A stretch of 32,000 bases of DNA, taken from assembly GCA_026387835.1 (NCBI GenBank), contig JAPLKZ010000007.1, forward strand, positions 156,218 to 188,217. Direction: 5' to 3'. Below, in pieces: positions 1-9,655 of this stretch. Under the pieces are notes generated by a model. The model ran no database searches. It was not told where the DNA came from and saw only the letters and a list, made by a program, of their open reading frames with translations. Position numbers and translations under genes: made by a program. How positions within the stretch are numbered: the first letter of the stretch is position 1; every line of letters starts with the position of its first letter. Source of the DNA: Candidatus Saganbacteria bacterium. Its GTDB lineage: Bacteria > Margulisbacteria > WOR-1 > JAKLHX01.

Positions 1-425
1 GAAACGCGATGGCTCTAGCGCTTGCTTTAAAATATGCTGTTCTTACAGAAAATGCGAAGCAAGGGATGCCGGTGTCTGTGGCGGCCGTATTAGGATATGA
101 GGCCGACACGACAAAAGTTTCCATACCGGGTCTTGATATGATAAATGCGTTGGGTGATATAGGCATAGGTGCTATCGTAAGTAAGATCATGGTTCCTTGG
201 GTGCCGTATGGCGCACTTGTTTACCACAGTCTGAATCAGAACAATTATCCTATACCCGGAGGGACAGCCACAACCACGGGTTCCAGGATAGAGGTTGCGG
301 TAGGCACACAGATGCTGCTATCAAAGAGTTCTGCTGTAGTTGGAGAGTTTTCATATAACTCATATAACTTTGGAACAAGTTATACTAACAACCAGATCTC
401 TATAGCTTATTCGGCGAAGATCTGA
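1..425 (+). CDS. C-terminal fragment of a beta-strand-rich protein, probable outer-membrane beta-barrel. The 5' end lies outside the window.
   Basis: The frame is open back to the window edge. The sequence shows repeated alternating hydrophobic/polar stretches (VSVAAVLGYEAD, RIEVAVGTQMLL, AVVGEFSYNSYNFG, NQISIAYSAKI) and many aromatic, Gly and Asn residues, as in porin-like barrels. No catalytic motif was seen. Confidence 0.4.
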   Translation, partial: NAMALALALKYAVLTENAKQGMPVSVAAVLGYEADTTKVSIPGLDMINALGDIGIGAIVSKIMVPWVPYGALVYHSLNQNNYPIPGGTATTTGSRIEVAVGTQMLLSKSSAVVGEFSYNSYNFGTSYTNNQISIAYSAKI

Positions 426-455
426 TCTTGAAGATCTAGTCTTCTAGAAGATATA

Positions 456-487
456 TGCTCCCCGATCCAATCGGGGAGCATTTTTTT
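456..487 (+). terminator. Rho-independent terminator
   Basis: Perfect 10-bp stem, tgctccccga (456-465) with tcggggagca (471-480), a 5-nt loop tccaa, then T7 (481-487). It lies 31 nt after the stop codon at 423-425. Confidence 0.85.
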
Positions 488-526
488 ACGCCTTAAATCC
501 GGGCCCTCACGGTCCAGTTCCATTTT

Positions 527-535
527 TGTTATAAT
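527..535 (+). promoter_or_regulatory. Extended -10 promoter element TGtTATAAT upstream of mraY
   Basis: tgt (527-529) plus tataat (530-535). Only 7 nt separate the hexamer from the mraY ATG at 543, and no Shine-Dalgarno sequence lies between them. Confidence 0.5.
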
Positions 536-542
536 ATATAGA

Positions 543-1487
543 ATGAATTCCATATTTCTGTTTTGCGTGTCTATCATTCTTTCAGCAAGCCTGATATATA
601 TAACCATCAGATTATTCAGGTTATTAATGATAGGCCAGGCGATCCGTGATGAGGGGCCCGCAGGACATCAAAAGAAAAAAGGCACAGCTACGATGGGAGG
701 GATCGCAGTCCTTCTGACTTTCACCATTATGGCCTCCATATTCGTGGACATCGACGGAAAGCTCCTGGCTCTTTTACTGCTGACGGTAGGTTTCGGTATA
801 ATCGGCCTGCTTGACGACCTTATAAAGGTCTTACTGAGAAAGAGCGATGCTCTCAGCCCTTCACATAAGATGTCTTTACAGATAATTATTGCGCTGTTGT
901 TCGGGGCATATATTCTTATGGCCGGGCATGAGACGGGCGCCTCAGGTATTTTGAAAGTATTTCATTTCGATCTCGGTTATCTTTATCTTCCGTTCGTAGT
1001 GTTTATGATAGTGGCTGCTGCGAATGCAACAAATCTAACGGATGGGCTTGACGGTCTTCTAGCGGGGACTTCTGTTATCGCTATCACATCATATTCCATA
1101 ATAGCGGGAAAGCTCGGTATGATTGATACCGCGTCTCTCTGCATTATAATGGCCGGAGCATTGGCGGGTTTTCTGATCTTCAATTTTAACCCTGCGAAGA
1201 TCTTTATGGGCGATTGCGGATCGCTTGCGGTGGGCGCGTTTTTAGCAGGGATGGCCGTATTGCTGCATAAAGAATTATTATTGATACTGATCGGCGGCGT
1301 GTTCGTCATAGAGACGCTCTCGGTGATCATACAGGTGATCTCGTTCAAGACCACAGGCAGAAGAGTGTTTAAGATGAGCCCTTTGCATCATCATTTTGAG
1401 TTGTCCGGGATGAAAGAGAAAAAGATCGTGTTCATGTTTTGGGCAACGGGCCTGATACTTGGAATACTCGGAGTTATCATCCGCTAG
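543..1487 (+). CDS. mraY: Phospho-N-acetylmuramoyl-pentapeptide transferase
   Basis: 314 aa, polytopic. MraY hallmarks are present: GQAIRDEGPAGHQKKKGTATMGG, NATNLTDGLDGLLAG, MGDCGSLAVGAFLAG and SPLHHHFELSG. It heads the dcw gene order. Confidence 0.95.
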   Translation: MNSIFLFCVSIILSASLIYITIRLFRLLMIGQAIRDEGPAGHQKKKGTATMGGIAVLLTFTIMASIFVDIDGKLLALLLLTVGFGIIGLLDDLIKVLLRKSDALSPSHKMSLQIIIALLFGAYILMAGHETGASGILKVFHFDLGYLYLPFVVFMIVAAANATNLTDGLDGLLAGTSVIAITSYSIIAGKLGMIDTASLCIIMAGALAGFLIFNFNPAKIFMGDCGSLAVGAFLAGMAVLLHKELLLILIGGVFVIETLSVIIQVISFKTTGRRVFKMSPLHHHFELSGMKEKKIVFMFWATGLILGILGVIIR

Positions 1488-1502
1488 GAGAAGCATTGGA
1501 AA

Positions 1503-2846
1503 ATGGATTATATAAATAAAAAAATATCAATAATAGGTTTCGGTAAAAGCGGACAGGCAGCCGCAAAGAGATTGTTGCAGTCGGGAGCTGTCGTGAAGGT
1601 TTCGGAATCGGGGAAGGCAGCCTCTCTTATGGATTGGATGAAGGATATCCAATTTGAATACGGCGGTCACACGTTCGATTTTATAAAGGACAGCGACCTG
1701 ATAGTCGTGAGCCCCGGCGTCCATATCGATATCCCCGCGATCGAAGAAGCAAAAAAAGCGGGTATTGCTGTTATTTCAGAAGTGGAACTTGCATTTTCAT
1801 TTTTCAGCAAGCCGGTGATCGCGGTCACGGGAACGAACGGAAAAACGACTACAACGACCCTGATTGGTGAGATATTCAGGAAAGCGGGATACAGGGTTGC
1901 TGTAGCAGGCAACATAGGCGACCCGCTTTCTGAAGTGGACGACAAAGATCTTGATTTCATCATTGCCGAAATAAGCAGCTACCAGCTTGAGGCGATAGAG
2001 AAATTCAGGCCTCAAATAGCTGTACTCCTGAATGTAACGCCCGATCATCTTGAGCGCTACAAGACAATGGAAGCTTATACGGCTGCGAAAGAAAAGATAT
2101 TCGAGAACCAGGTGCCCGGAGACTATCTGGTCTTTAATCATGACGACATCACGGTCAGAAAGATGGCCGACAAAGCTTCCTCCAGAAAATATCCTTTCAG
2201 CCGCGAAGTCGCTGTTGAAGGTGGCCTTTTTGTAAATGACGGCTATATCGTAAGGCTGAAAGAAAACTATTTGGAAGCTGTGATTAAGTTAGAAGATATC
2301 AAAATAAAAGGAAGTCATAATGTCGAAAATTGCCTGGCAGTAGCGGCAGCATCTTTGATTTGCGGGATATCTTGCGCCGATATAGAAAAGACAATGAAAG
2401 AATTCCCTGGAGTGGAACACAGGATAGAACATGTCAGAACGTTAAAGGGCATTGAGTTCTATAACGATTCAAAGGCTACCAATCCGGATTCGACTATAGT
2501 GGCATTGAAGACGTTGTCAAAGGGCGGAGAGCTTGTCCTGATACTAGGCGGCAGGGACAAAGGCACTGACCTTAAGCCGATGTGTTCTGTCATCCTCAAT
2601 ACTGCAAAGAAGGTCATTCTTATAGGGGAGGCCGCAAAAAGATTCGAAGAAGAACTGAGGGCTTCCGGTTTCACTGATATCGAGAAAGCGTCATCCATGG
2701 AAGAAGCGGTGCGGATATCTTTTGAAAGGTCAAAAGACGGAGGTATTGTCCTGCTTTCGCCGGCATGCGCGAGTTTTGACATGTTCAAGGATTATGAGGA
2801 CAGGGGCAGGGCGTTCAAAAAATCGGTGATGGAGATCGGGATCTGA
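1503..2846 (+). CDS. murD: UDP-N-acetylmuramoylalanine--D-glutamate ligase
   Basis: 447 aa with an N-terminal Rossmann motif (IIGFGKSGQAAAK), the Mur ligase P-loop (VTGTNGKTTTTTLIG), and GSHNVENCLAVAAAS. It sits between mraY and ftsW. Confidence 0.95.
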   Translation: MDYINKKISIIGFGKSGQAAAKRLLQSGAVVKVSESGKAASLMDWMKDIQFEYGGHTFDFIKDSDLIVVSPGVHIDIPAIEEAKKAGIAVISEVELAFSFFSKPVIAVTGTNGKTTTTTLIGEIFRKAGYRVAVAGNIGDPLSEVDDKDLDFIIAEISSYQLEAIEKFRPQIAVLLNVTPDHLERYKTMEAYTAAKEKIFENQVPGDYLVFNHDDITVRKMADKASSRKYPFSREVAVEGGLFVNDGYIVRLKENYLEAVIKLEDIKIKGSHNVENCLAVAAASLICGISCADIEKTMKEFPGVEHRIEHVRTLKGIEFYNDSKATNPDSTIVALKTLSKGGELVLILGGRDKGTDLKPMCSVILNTAKKVILIGEAAKRFEEELRASGFTDIEKASSMEEAVRISFERSKDGGIVLLSPACASFDMFKDYEDRGRAFKKSVMEIGI

Positions 2847-2856
2847 CGGGTGGACA

Positions 2857-3951
2857 ATGGATAAAAAAAGACCGGATATATTCCTGTTAATTTGCGTGAC
2901 AGCTCTCGTCGCTGTCGGACTTGTGATGGTGTTCAGCGCGACGACGACCCAGTCCCTGAGAGCGGGGAACCCGTTCATGTATCTTATCAAGCAGTCTTTG
3001 TATGTCGCGCTCGGGTTCATCGCGATGTACGCGGGCTACCGTATTGATTATGACAACTACAGAAAATGGACCGCCTGGATAATGGGGGGCTCGCTGTTCC
3101 TTCTCGCGGTCGTTTTTCTGCCTATGATCGGCCACTCGGCCGGAGGCGCTTCCAGATGGATCGATCTCGGGTTCATTTCATTTCAGCCTTCCGAGCTCGC
3201 AAAGATCGCTGTCGTTATATACCTGGCGGACGTGCTGGCACGCAAAGGAGCTGTCATCCGCGAATTCATAAAAGGGCTTTTTCCTCCTCTTCTTGTGGTC
3301 GGCGGATTCTGTTTTATCGTGCTTATACAGCCGGACCTCGGTACAGTGTTCGTGATATTCGGGACCGCTTTTATCATGTTCTATCTCGCGGGGGCAAAAG
3401 CGGTACACCTGTCTTTGCTTTTCGCGGGTGGCGTAGCGGCATTTCTGTTATCAAGTTTTGTCAGCTCCTACAGATGGCAGCGTATCATAACTTTTATCGA
3501 CCCGTGGAAGGATCCGAGAGGAGCAGGATTTCATATCATACAGTCGATGATCGCGGTGGGTTCCGGCGGGTTCATGGGCCTCGGACTTGGTGCGAGCAGA
3601 CAAAAATTCCTCTATCTTCCGGAACAATACACGGACTTCATCTACGCCATACTTTGCGAAGAGGGCGGGTTTTTGGGGGCTTTGGGAGTAATACTGCTGT
3701 TCATATGGTTCATAGGAAGAGGATTGAAAATATGCAGGCAGTGCCCTGACCGGTTCGGGATGCTTCTGGCCGGCGGCCTGACATCATTTATAGCTTTAGA
3801 AGCGGTCGTCAATATGGGCGTGGTCGTCGACTTGATCCCGACGACAGGGGTCCCGCTTCCGTTCATCAGTTACGGCGGCACATCCCTGATAGTGATGATG
3901 TTCACTGTCGGGATACTGCTGAACATCTCTTCTTTCCGTGAAAGAGCGTGA
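2857..3951 (+). CDS. ftsW: SEDS-family peptidoglycan glycosyltransferase (FtsW type, by dcw context)
   Basis: 364 aa, polytopic. SEDS motifs are present: QPSELAKIAVVIYLA, QPDLGT and GVPLPFISYGGTSL. Located between murD and murG. Confidence 0.9.
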   Translation: MDKKRPDIFLLICVTALVAVGLVMVFSATTTQSLRAGNPFMYLIKQSLYVALGFIAMYAGYRIDYDNYRKWTAWIMGGSLFLLAVVFLPMIGHSAGGASRWIDLGFISFQPSELAKIAVVIYLADVLARKGAVIREFIKGLFPPLLVVGGFCFIVLIQPDLGTVFVIFGTAFIMFYLAGAKAVHLSLLFAGGVAAFLLSSFVSSYRWQRIITFIDPWKDPRGAGFHIIQSMIAVGSGGFMGLGLGASRQKFLYLPEQYTDFIYAILCEEGGFLGALGVILLFIWFIGRGLKICRQCPDRFGMLLAGGLTSFIALEAVVNMGVVVDLIPTTGVPLPFISYGGTSLIVMMFTVGILLNISSFRERA

Positions 3952-3957
3952 CAGCCG

Positions 3958-5070
3958 ATGATTAAGACATTAAAAGAAATAAGGATCGCCGTGTGCGCGG
4001 CAGGTACCGGCGGCCATATTTATCCCGGGATAGCGGTCGCGAGGAGCATACTTAAAGACCGCCCCGATGCAAAGATCCTGTTCTTCGGTTCAGGAAAGAA
4101 GATAGAAAAAAGCATATTTAACAGCGAAGGGCTGGACGCGAATTATATTTTATCTTCCGGTCTTCAAAAAACGACGCCGTTCGATATTTTAAAGGCGCTT
4201 GTATTATACCCTGCCGGTCTTTTTCAGGCTGCTGTAAAGTTGTTGTTTTTCAAGCCGGATGTCCTGCTTTCAACCGGAGGATATTCCAGCCTGCCGGTAG
4301 TTTTTGCCGCCGTGATGTTAAATGTGCCGGTCATACTCCATGAGCAGAACGTCCTGCCGGGCAGGGCGAACCGCATAGTTTCAAAACTGGCAAAAAAAAT
4401 CGCGGTCTCTTTTGAAGAGAGCGCAAAATATTTTGATCCGGCCAGGACCGTTGTCACCGGAAATCCGGTAAGAGAAGGCATCGTTTCAGCGAACGGGCAG
4501 GTCTCGAAAAATAAACTGGGGATAAATCCCGGGGCCAAGACGGTCCTTGTTGTCGGAGGAAGCCAGGGGGCGCGCTCCCTGAACAAATATATCCTTGAGG
4601 CCGTGCCGTTGATGAAGGACAGAAATATCACTCTGGTCCATCTGTGCGGTGAAAGTGATTTCATATTGTTAGAAGACAAGATCGCAGGGATCGACAAAGG
4701 CATCTTAAGCATAAAATTATTCCCGTATACGCATGATATGGGGACTGTCCTTGCGGCGAGCGATCTTGTAATAAGCAGGGCGGGAGCTACTATCCTTGCC
4801 GAGATCGCTTCAAGGGGGCTTCCTTCGGTGCTTGCGCCGTATCCTCACGCGGCCGAAGATCACCAGCGTTATAACGCCGAGGTATTCGGTAAAAAAGGGG
4901 CTTCTTTGGTGATCGAGGACGCTTCATTGTCGGGAAAGATGCTCTCGGATATGATCAAAGATCTGCTCTCTGACAGAGGCAGATATGAAAAAATGTCGGC
5001 AGCGGCAAGATCGATGTATAAGAGTGACGCGGCGTCAAAGATCAAGGAATTGATATATGAAACAGTTTGA
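3958..5070 (+). CDS. murG: UDP-N-acetylglucosamine--N-acetylmuramyl-(pentapeptide) pyrophosphoryl-undecaprenol GlcNAc transferase
   Basis: 370 aa with the N-terminal G-loop AAGTGGHIYPGIAVA, VVGGSQGA, and the C-terminal SRAGATILAEIA motif. dcw context. Confidence 0.93.
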   Translation: MIKTLKEIRIAVCAAGTGGHIYPGIAVARSILKDRPDAKILFFGSGKKIEKSIFNSEGLDANYILSSGLQKTTPFDILKALVLYPAGLFQAAVKLLFFKPDVLLSTGGYSSLPVVFAAVMLNVPVILHEQNVLPGRANRIVSKLAKKIAVSFEESAKYFDPARTVVTGNPVREGIVSANGQVSKNKLGINPGAKTVLVVGGSQGARSLNKYILEAVPLMKDRNITLVHLCGESDFILLEDKIAGIDKGILSIKLFPYTHDMGTVLAASDLVISRAGATILAEIASRGLPSVLAPYPHAAEDHQRYNAEVFGKKGASLVIEDASLSGKMLSDMIKDLLSDRGRYEKMSAAARSMYKSDAASKIKELIYETV

Positions 5071-6475
5071 TATGACGCGCGCCAAGAACATCCACCTTAT
5101 CGGCGTAGGGGGATGCGGGGTCGGGGCCATTGCCAAGATACTGATAGAGATGGGATACAAAGTGTCCGGTTCCGACCTGAAGGAAAGCGCCAATACCATA
5201 AGGCTCCGTGAAATGGGGGCCCACATTTTTTTCGGGCACGCGGCTTCCAACGTCAGGGAAGCCGACATAGTAGTATATTCTTCGGCGATCTCAAAGGAAA
5301 ACCCGGAGTTAGCGGAGGCCGGCGCGTCGCAGATAAAGACCATAGCAAGAGCGGAAATGCTTTCCTGGATACTTTCACAATCAAAGACCCCTATAGCGAT
5401 AGCGGGGACCCACGGAAAGACAACGACCACATCGATGACATCGCTGGTATTTACGAAATGCGGGTTCGAACCGACATTTCTTATAGGCGGCGAGACCAAT
5501 GATGTCGGAGGGAATGCCAAACTCGGCAGCGGCAGATTTGCCATAGCCGAAGCGGACGAGAGTGACGGGTCGTTTTTGTTCCTGAGGCCGAAGATGAGCG
5601 TAATTACCAACATAGAGGCCGATCATCTCGACCATTACAGCGGGATAGACAGCATAATGGAAACCTTCAGGGATTTTGCCGATTTGCTGCCTCCTGACGG
5701 GCATCTGATAATCTGCGCGGACCATCCCAATAACAAGCTGCTTCTGAAAAAGATCGAGACTGAGGCTTCAACTGTACTGTACGGGTTCAGCGAGGATGCC
5801 CAGATAAAGGCAAAGAACATGATCTCGGGTGAGGGCAGCGTGAAATTCGAGGTCTTAAATAACGGCAGGACGCTGGGCGAGGTCAAGCTTAATGTTCCCG
5901 GCAGCCAGAATGTCGAGAACGCGCTTGCTTCGATAGCCGTGGGCCTCGAAGCCGGGATAGATTTTATGAGCATAAACACGGCTTTAAGGTGTTTTACCGG
6001 AGTGAGGAGAAGGTTCCAGCTGATAGGAAAAGTAGGAGGCATACTTATATATGACGACTACGCGCATCATCCCACCGAGATCGCGGTGACGCTCAGATCG
6101 GCAAAACAAAGCTGGTCCACGGTAAAAAGATTGATATGCGTGTTCCAGCCTCACAGGTATTCGAGGACCATGCATCTGAAGGAGGATTTCGGAAAAGCTT
6201 TTGGATTTGCGGACGAGGTTATCATCACCGATATCTATTCGGCGGGAGAAAATCCTATATCCGGCATCACCGGCGAGACGATCGTCGAAGAGATCAGAAA
6301 GAACAAAAAGAACGTGCTGTATCTCCCTAAAAAGCAGGAGATCGCCGATCACCTCATAAACTCCTTGAAAGAAGGGGACCTTGTCCTTACAATGGGAGCC
6401 GGGGATATACACGTCATCGCAAAGGAAATATACAGCCGTCTGAGGGAGAAACAAAGAAATGAAAAACTTATTTGA
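5057..6475 (+). CDS. murC: UDP-N-acetylmuramate--L-alanine ligase
   Basis: 472 aa with IHLIGVGGCGVGAIAKIL, the P-loop IAGTHGKTTTTSM, and DDYAHHPTEI. It overlaps the murG end by 14 nt. An alternative ATG at 5072 is possible. Confidence 0.93.
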   Translation: MKQFDMTRAKNIHLIGVGGCGVGAIAKILIEMGYKVSGSDLKESANTIRLREMGAHIFFGHAASNVREADIVVYSSAISKENPELAEAGASQIKTIARAEMLSWILSQSKTPIAIAGTHGKTTTTSMTSLVFTKCGFEPTFLIGGETNDVGGNAKLGSGRFAIAEADESDGSFLFLRPKMSVITNIEADHLDHYSGIDSIMETFRDFADLLPPDGHLIICADHPNNKLLLKKIETEASTVLYGFSEDAQIKAKNMISGEGSVKFEVLNNGRTLGEVKLNVPGSQNVENALASIAVGLEAGIDFMSINTALRCFTGVRRRFQLIGKVGGILIYDDYAHHPTEIAVTLRSAKQSWSTVKRLICVFQPHRYSRTMHLKEDFGKAFGFADEVIITDIYSAGENPISGITGETIVEEIRKNKKNVLYLPKKQEIADHLINSLKEGDLVLTMGAGDIHVIAKEIYSRLREKQRNEKLI

Positions 6476-7361
6476 CGAGCTTTGCAAGCAATGCAAGGGA
6501 GAGGTCCTGAAAAACGAGCCCATGGCGAGGCACACCACATTCAAGGTCGGCGGACCGGCTGACATCATGTTCTCTCCCGAAGATGCCGGGAGCCTTAAAA
6601 AAGCGTTGAAAATATTGAATTCCCATAAAACTTCTTTCATCGTGATAGGCAAGGGGTCAAACCTCCTGGTCTCGGACGAGGGCATCAGGGGAGTCGTGAT
6701 AAAACTTGCGGGGAACATGAACGGCATTAAAATAAAGGGTACTTCGGTCACCGCGCAGGCGGGCGTTTTTATGAAAACGCTTATTTATAAATGTTCCGAG
6801 TCCGGCCTTTCGGGCCTTGAACCGCTTATAGGGATCCCGGCGGCTTTGGGAGGCGCTATAGCGATGAACATGTCAGCCTGGGGGACGAGCATAAGCAGCC
6901 TTGTAAGGTCCGTCACGGTCCTGACAAAAGAAGGCAAGGTCAAAAAGATACCGAAGATCGCTTGCGGATTTTCTTACAGGGGCTCCGATCTTGATAAAGG
7001 CTCTCAGATCATCATAGAGATCCTGTTGGAGCTCAAGCGCGAAGATATTCAAAAGATATCGGAAAGACAGGAAGAGATCCTTTTTCTTAAAACCGCATCC
7101 CAGCCGATAGGTCTTCCTTCGGCCGGGTGTGTTTTTAAGAATACTACGGGAGAACCTTCAGGCAAGATCATTGAAAAAGCGGGGCTCAAGGGAGAAAGGA
7201 TAGGAGGCGCCGAAGTTTCAAATATCCACGCGAATTATATCGTCAATACCGGCGGCGCCAAAGCCGCGGATATAAAGCTCCTTATCGAACGTATCAGGGC
7301 GATAGTCATGGATAAATTCGGCATAAAACTTGAGCTGGAAATAAAAACATCAGGTTTTTGA
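6459..7361 (+). CDS. murB: UDP-N-acetylenolpyruvoylglucosamine reductase
   Basis: 300 aa with MARHTTFKVGGPADIMF, a GKGSNLLVSDEGI FAD-binding fold, and GCVFKN...AGLKGERIGGAEVS..HANYIVN. It overlaps murC by 17 nt. Confidence 0.92.
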   Translation: MKNLFDELCKQCKGEVLKNEPMARHTTFKVGGPADIMFSPEDAGSLKKALKILNSHKTSFIVIGKGSNLLVSDEGIRGVVIKLAGNMNGIKIKGTSVTAQAGVFMKTLIYKCSESGLSGLEPLIGIPAALGGAIAMNMSAWGTSISSLVRSVTVLTKEGKVKKIPKIACGFSYRGSDLDKGSQIIIEILLELKREDIQKISERQEEILFLKTASQPIGLPSAGCVFKNTTGEPSGKIIEKAGLKGERIGGAEVSNIHANYIVNTGGAKAADIKLLIERIRAIVMDKFGIKLELEIKTSGF

Positions 7362-7406
7362 CTTTATAAAGATGTTCGTGATATCCTGAATATATAAAGA
7401 AAAAAT

Positions 7407-8240
7407 ATGATTTCTAAAGAAAAAATAAAAGAGATCGAGGCGAAAGCCAACCAAATAAAGATAGACATCATAGAGATGATAGGCAGGTCGGGTTCAGGCC
7501 ATCCCGGCGGTTCTCTTTCTATATCAGATATTGTTGCCGTTCTTTATTTTGAAAAAATGAGGTATAGATCTGACGATCCGCAGTGGGAGGACAGGGACCG
7601 CCTGGTCCTTTCCAAAGGCCACGCTGCCCCGGCAGTATATTCCGCGCTTTCGCTTGCAGGTTTTTTTTCGAGGGATTACCTGAAGACATTAAGGCAGATC
7701 GGGACATCGCTTCAGGGACATCCGGACAGGACTTCGCTTCCTGGCATTGATATGTCGACAGGATCGCTGGGCCAGGGACTTTCTGTCGCGGTGGGAATGG
7801 CGCTGGCGGCAAAAATGGATAAAAAAGAACACAGGATCTACTGCATAATAGGGGACGGTGAATCGCAGGAAGGCCAGATCTGGGAGGCAGCGATGAGCGC
7901 CGGCCACAGGAAGACAGATAATCTGACCGTGATACTGGACCACAATAAATTGCAGATCGACGGACGTGTCGAAGATATAAAAGGGCTCTCTCCTGTGGCC
8001 GATAAATGGAGGGCTTTCAGGTGGAACGCCATCGACAAAGTAGACGGGCATGACGTGCGGGCGCTGTTAAAAGCGTTCGATGAGGCGGAAAAAACGAAAG
8101 GCAGGCCTACGATAATAATCGCGGACACTGTCAAAGGAAAAGGCGTTTCTTTTATGGAACATAACGTGGATTTTCACGGCAAGGCTCCCAACAAGGAAGA
8201 GACGGAAAAAGCGCTTTCCGAGCTGAGGTGCCGCCAATGA
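7407..8240 (+). CDS. tkt: Transketolase, N-terminal (thiamine-diphosphate-binding) subunit
   Basis: 277 aa with SGHPGGSLSISDIVAVLYF, LSKGHAAPAVYS, GSLGQGLSVAVGMALA and GDGESQEGQIWEA. This is the split-gene form. Confidence 0.92.
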   Translation: MISKEKIKEIEAKANQIKIDIIEMIGRSGSGHPGGSLSISDIVAVLYFEKMRYRSDDPQWEDRDRLVLSKGHAAPAVYSALSLAGFFSRDYLKTLRQIGTSLQGHPDRTSLPGIDMSTGSLGQGLSVAVGMALAAKMDKKEHRIYCIIGDGESQEGQIWEAAMSAGHRKTDNLTVILDHNKLQIDGRVEDIKGLSPVADKWRAFRWNAIDKVDGHDVRALLKAFDEAEKTKGRPTIIIADTVKGKGVSFMEHNVDFHGKAPNKEETEKALSELRCRQ

Positions 8241-9184
8241 GCAGGCAGCTTGCTTCGACAAGGGATGCTTACGGAAAAACCCTTGTAGAGCTGGGGAAAC
8301 AGAACAGGGACATAGTGGTCCTTGACGCAGATCTCGCGTGTTCCACAAAGACAGCGTCTTTTTGCAAGGCATTTCCCGACAGGTTCATCAACTGCGGGGT
8401 CGCGGAGCAGGACATGATCTCTACTGCCGCGGGACTTGCGGCCAGCGGAAAGATCGCGTTCGCTTCGACTTTCGCGGTATTCGGGGCGGGCCGGGCGTGG
8501 GATCAGGTCAGGATCTCGGTAGCCTATCCGAGATTGAACGTGAAGATCGTCGTCACGCACGGAGGGATCACCGTGGGCGAGGACGGGGCTACGCATCACG
8601 CGCTTGAAGATATCTGCCTGATGAGGGTGCTGCCCAATATGACGGTAGTAGTCCCGGCTGACGCGGTTGAAACGGAAAAAGCTATCCGTGCTGTCGCTCA
8701 GTTCCACGGCCCGGCATATGTCAGGCTCGGCAGGTCAGCGGTACCGGTAATAAACCAAGATAAAGATTACGATTTCAGGATAGGCAAAAGCGTCGAGTTC
8801 AGAAAAGGAAAAGACGTCACTCTCATAGCTTGCGGGATAATGGTAGCGACCGCTCTTGACGCGGCTGATATCCTCGAAAAAGAAGGGCTCTCGTGCCGGG
8901 TGATAAACATGCATACGATAAAACCGCTTGACAGAGAAGCGGTATTATCGGCCGCCAGGGAGACAGGCGCCATCGTGACAGCCGAGGAACATTCCGTATT
9001 GGGCGGGCTCGGCAGCGCGGTGTGCGAAACGGTCGCCCAGGATTTTCCCGTTCCTGTGATAAGGGTGGGTGTCGCCGATATGTTCACCGAGTCGGGTAGC
9101 CCGTCAGAACTTCTCGAAAAATACGGCCTGATGGCGAAAGACATAATAGATGCGGCAAAAAAAGCGATCTCCAAAAAAAGATAA
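8237..9184 (+). CDS. tkt: Transketolase, C-terminal (pyrimidine-binding) subunit
   Basis: About 315 aa with [44 protein letters not shown] and a [17 protein letters not shown]-type region. The ATG at 8237 overlaps the upstream TGA (ATGA). The ORF track also allows 8228. Confidence 0.9.
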   Translation: MSRQLASTRDAYGKTLVELGKQNRDIVVLDADLACSTKTASFCKAFPDRFINCGVAEQDMISTAAGLAASGKIAFASTFAVFGAGRAWDQVRISVAYPRLNVKIVVTHGGITVGEDGATHHALEDICLMRVLPNMTVVVPADAVETEKAIRAVAQFHGPAYVRLGRSAVPVINQDKDYDFRIGKSVEFRKGKDVTLIACGIMVATALDAADILEKEGLSCRVINMHTIKPLDREAVLSAARETGAIVTAEEHSVLGGLGSAVCETVAQDFPVPVIRVGVADMFTESGSPSELLEKYGLMAKDIIDAAKKAISKKR

Positions 9185-9650
9185 ACCGCTGAAGACGGCA
9201 AAACGGCCGACCTGGGACGAATATTTCATGGAAATAACCAGGGTGGTCGCAAAGCGTTCCGCATGCCTGAAACGCAATGTGGGGGCAGTTGTCGTCAAAG
9301 AAAAAAGGCTTCTCTCCACAGGATATAACGGCGCCCCTAAAGGCCTTGCTCATTGCGAGGCCGTGGGCTGCATCAGAAAAGAGATGAATATCCCTTCGGG
9401 TCAAAGGCATGAGCTGTGCCGCGGACTTCACGCCGAGCAGAACGCAATAATACAAGCAGCCTGGGACGGAGTGAAGATAGAAGGCTCGACACTTTACTGC
9501 ACGCACCAGCCGTGCGTCATTTGCGTGAAGATGATGATAAACGCGGGGATAAAAAGAGTGGTATTTGAAGGCGATTATCCCGACGACCTTGCGTCAAACA
9601 TGCTTATAGAGTCAGGGCTTGAGATATCCCGCTTTAAAGAGGTAAAATAG
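9150..9650 (+). CDS. dCMP (deoxycytidylate) deaminase, ComEB/CDA zinc family
   Basis: Has [11 protein letters not shown], the zinc motifs HAEQNAI and [17 protein letters not shown]. The start is uncertain. ATG 9150 overlaps the tkt C-subunit by 35 nt, and no other canonical start lies upstream of the conserved TWDEYF. Confidence 0.85.
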   Translation: MRQKKRSPKKDKPLKTAKRPTWDEYFMEITRVVAKRSACLKRNVGAVVVKEKRLLSTGYNGAPKGLAHCEAVGCIRKEMNIPSGQRHELCRGLHAEQNAIIQAAWDGVKIEGSTLYCTHQPCVICVKMMINAGIKRVVFEGDYPDDLASNMLIESGLEISRFKEVK

Positions 9651-9655
9651 ATCAA

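Noticed and set aside
3066-3749. 227-aa plus-strand ORF overlapping ftsW in another frame
   Set aside because: Its Arg/Gly/Pro-rich, low-complexity composition is typical of an off-frame reading of a GC-richer gene. It is fully contained in ftsW, which has clear SEDS motifs.
5984-6751. 255-aa minus-strand ORF antisense to murC/murB. Similar antisense ORFs occur at 5035-5613, 8174-8707, 11637-12164 and 16781-17215.
   Set aside because: All lie antisense to genes with unambiguous family motifs. They show no motifs of their own and look like the usual long shadow ORFs.
7358-7398. Promoter and leaderless arrangement for the transketolase gene (TTGACT at 7358-7363; TATAAA at 7393-7398, 8 nt before the ATG at 7407)
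   Set aside because: The -35 and -10 candidates are 29 nt apart, the -10 lacks the TG extension seen at mraY, argS and purB, and the region is generally AT-rich. It is suggestive but not supportable as a feature.
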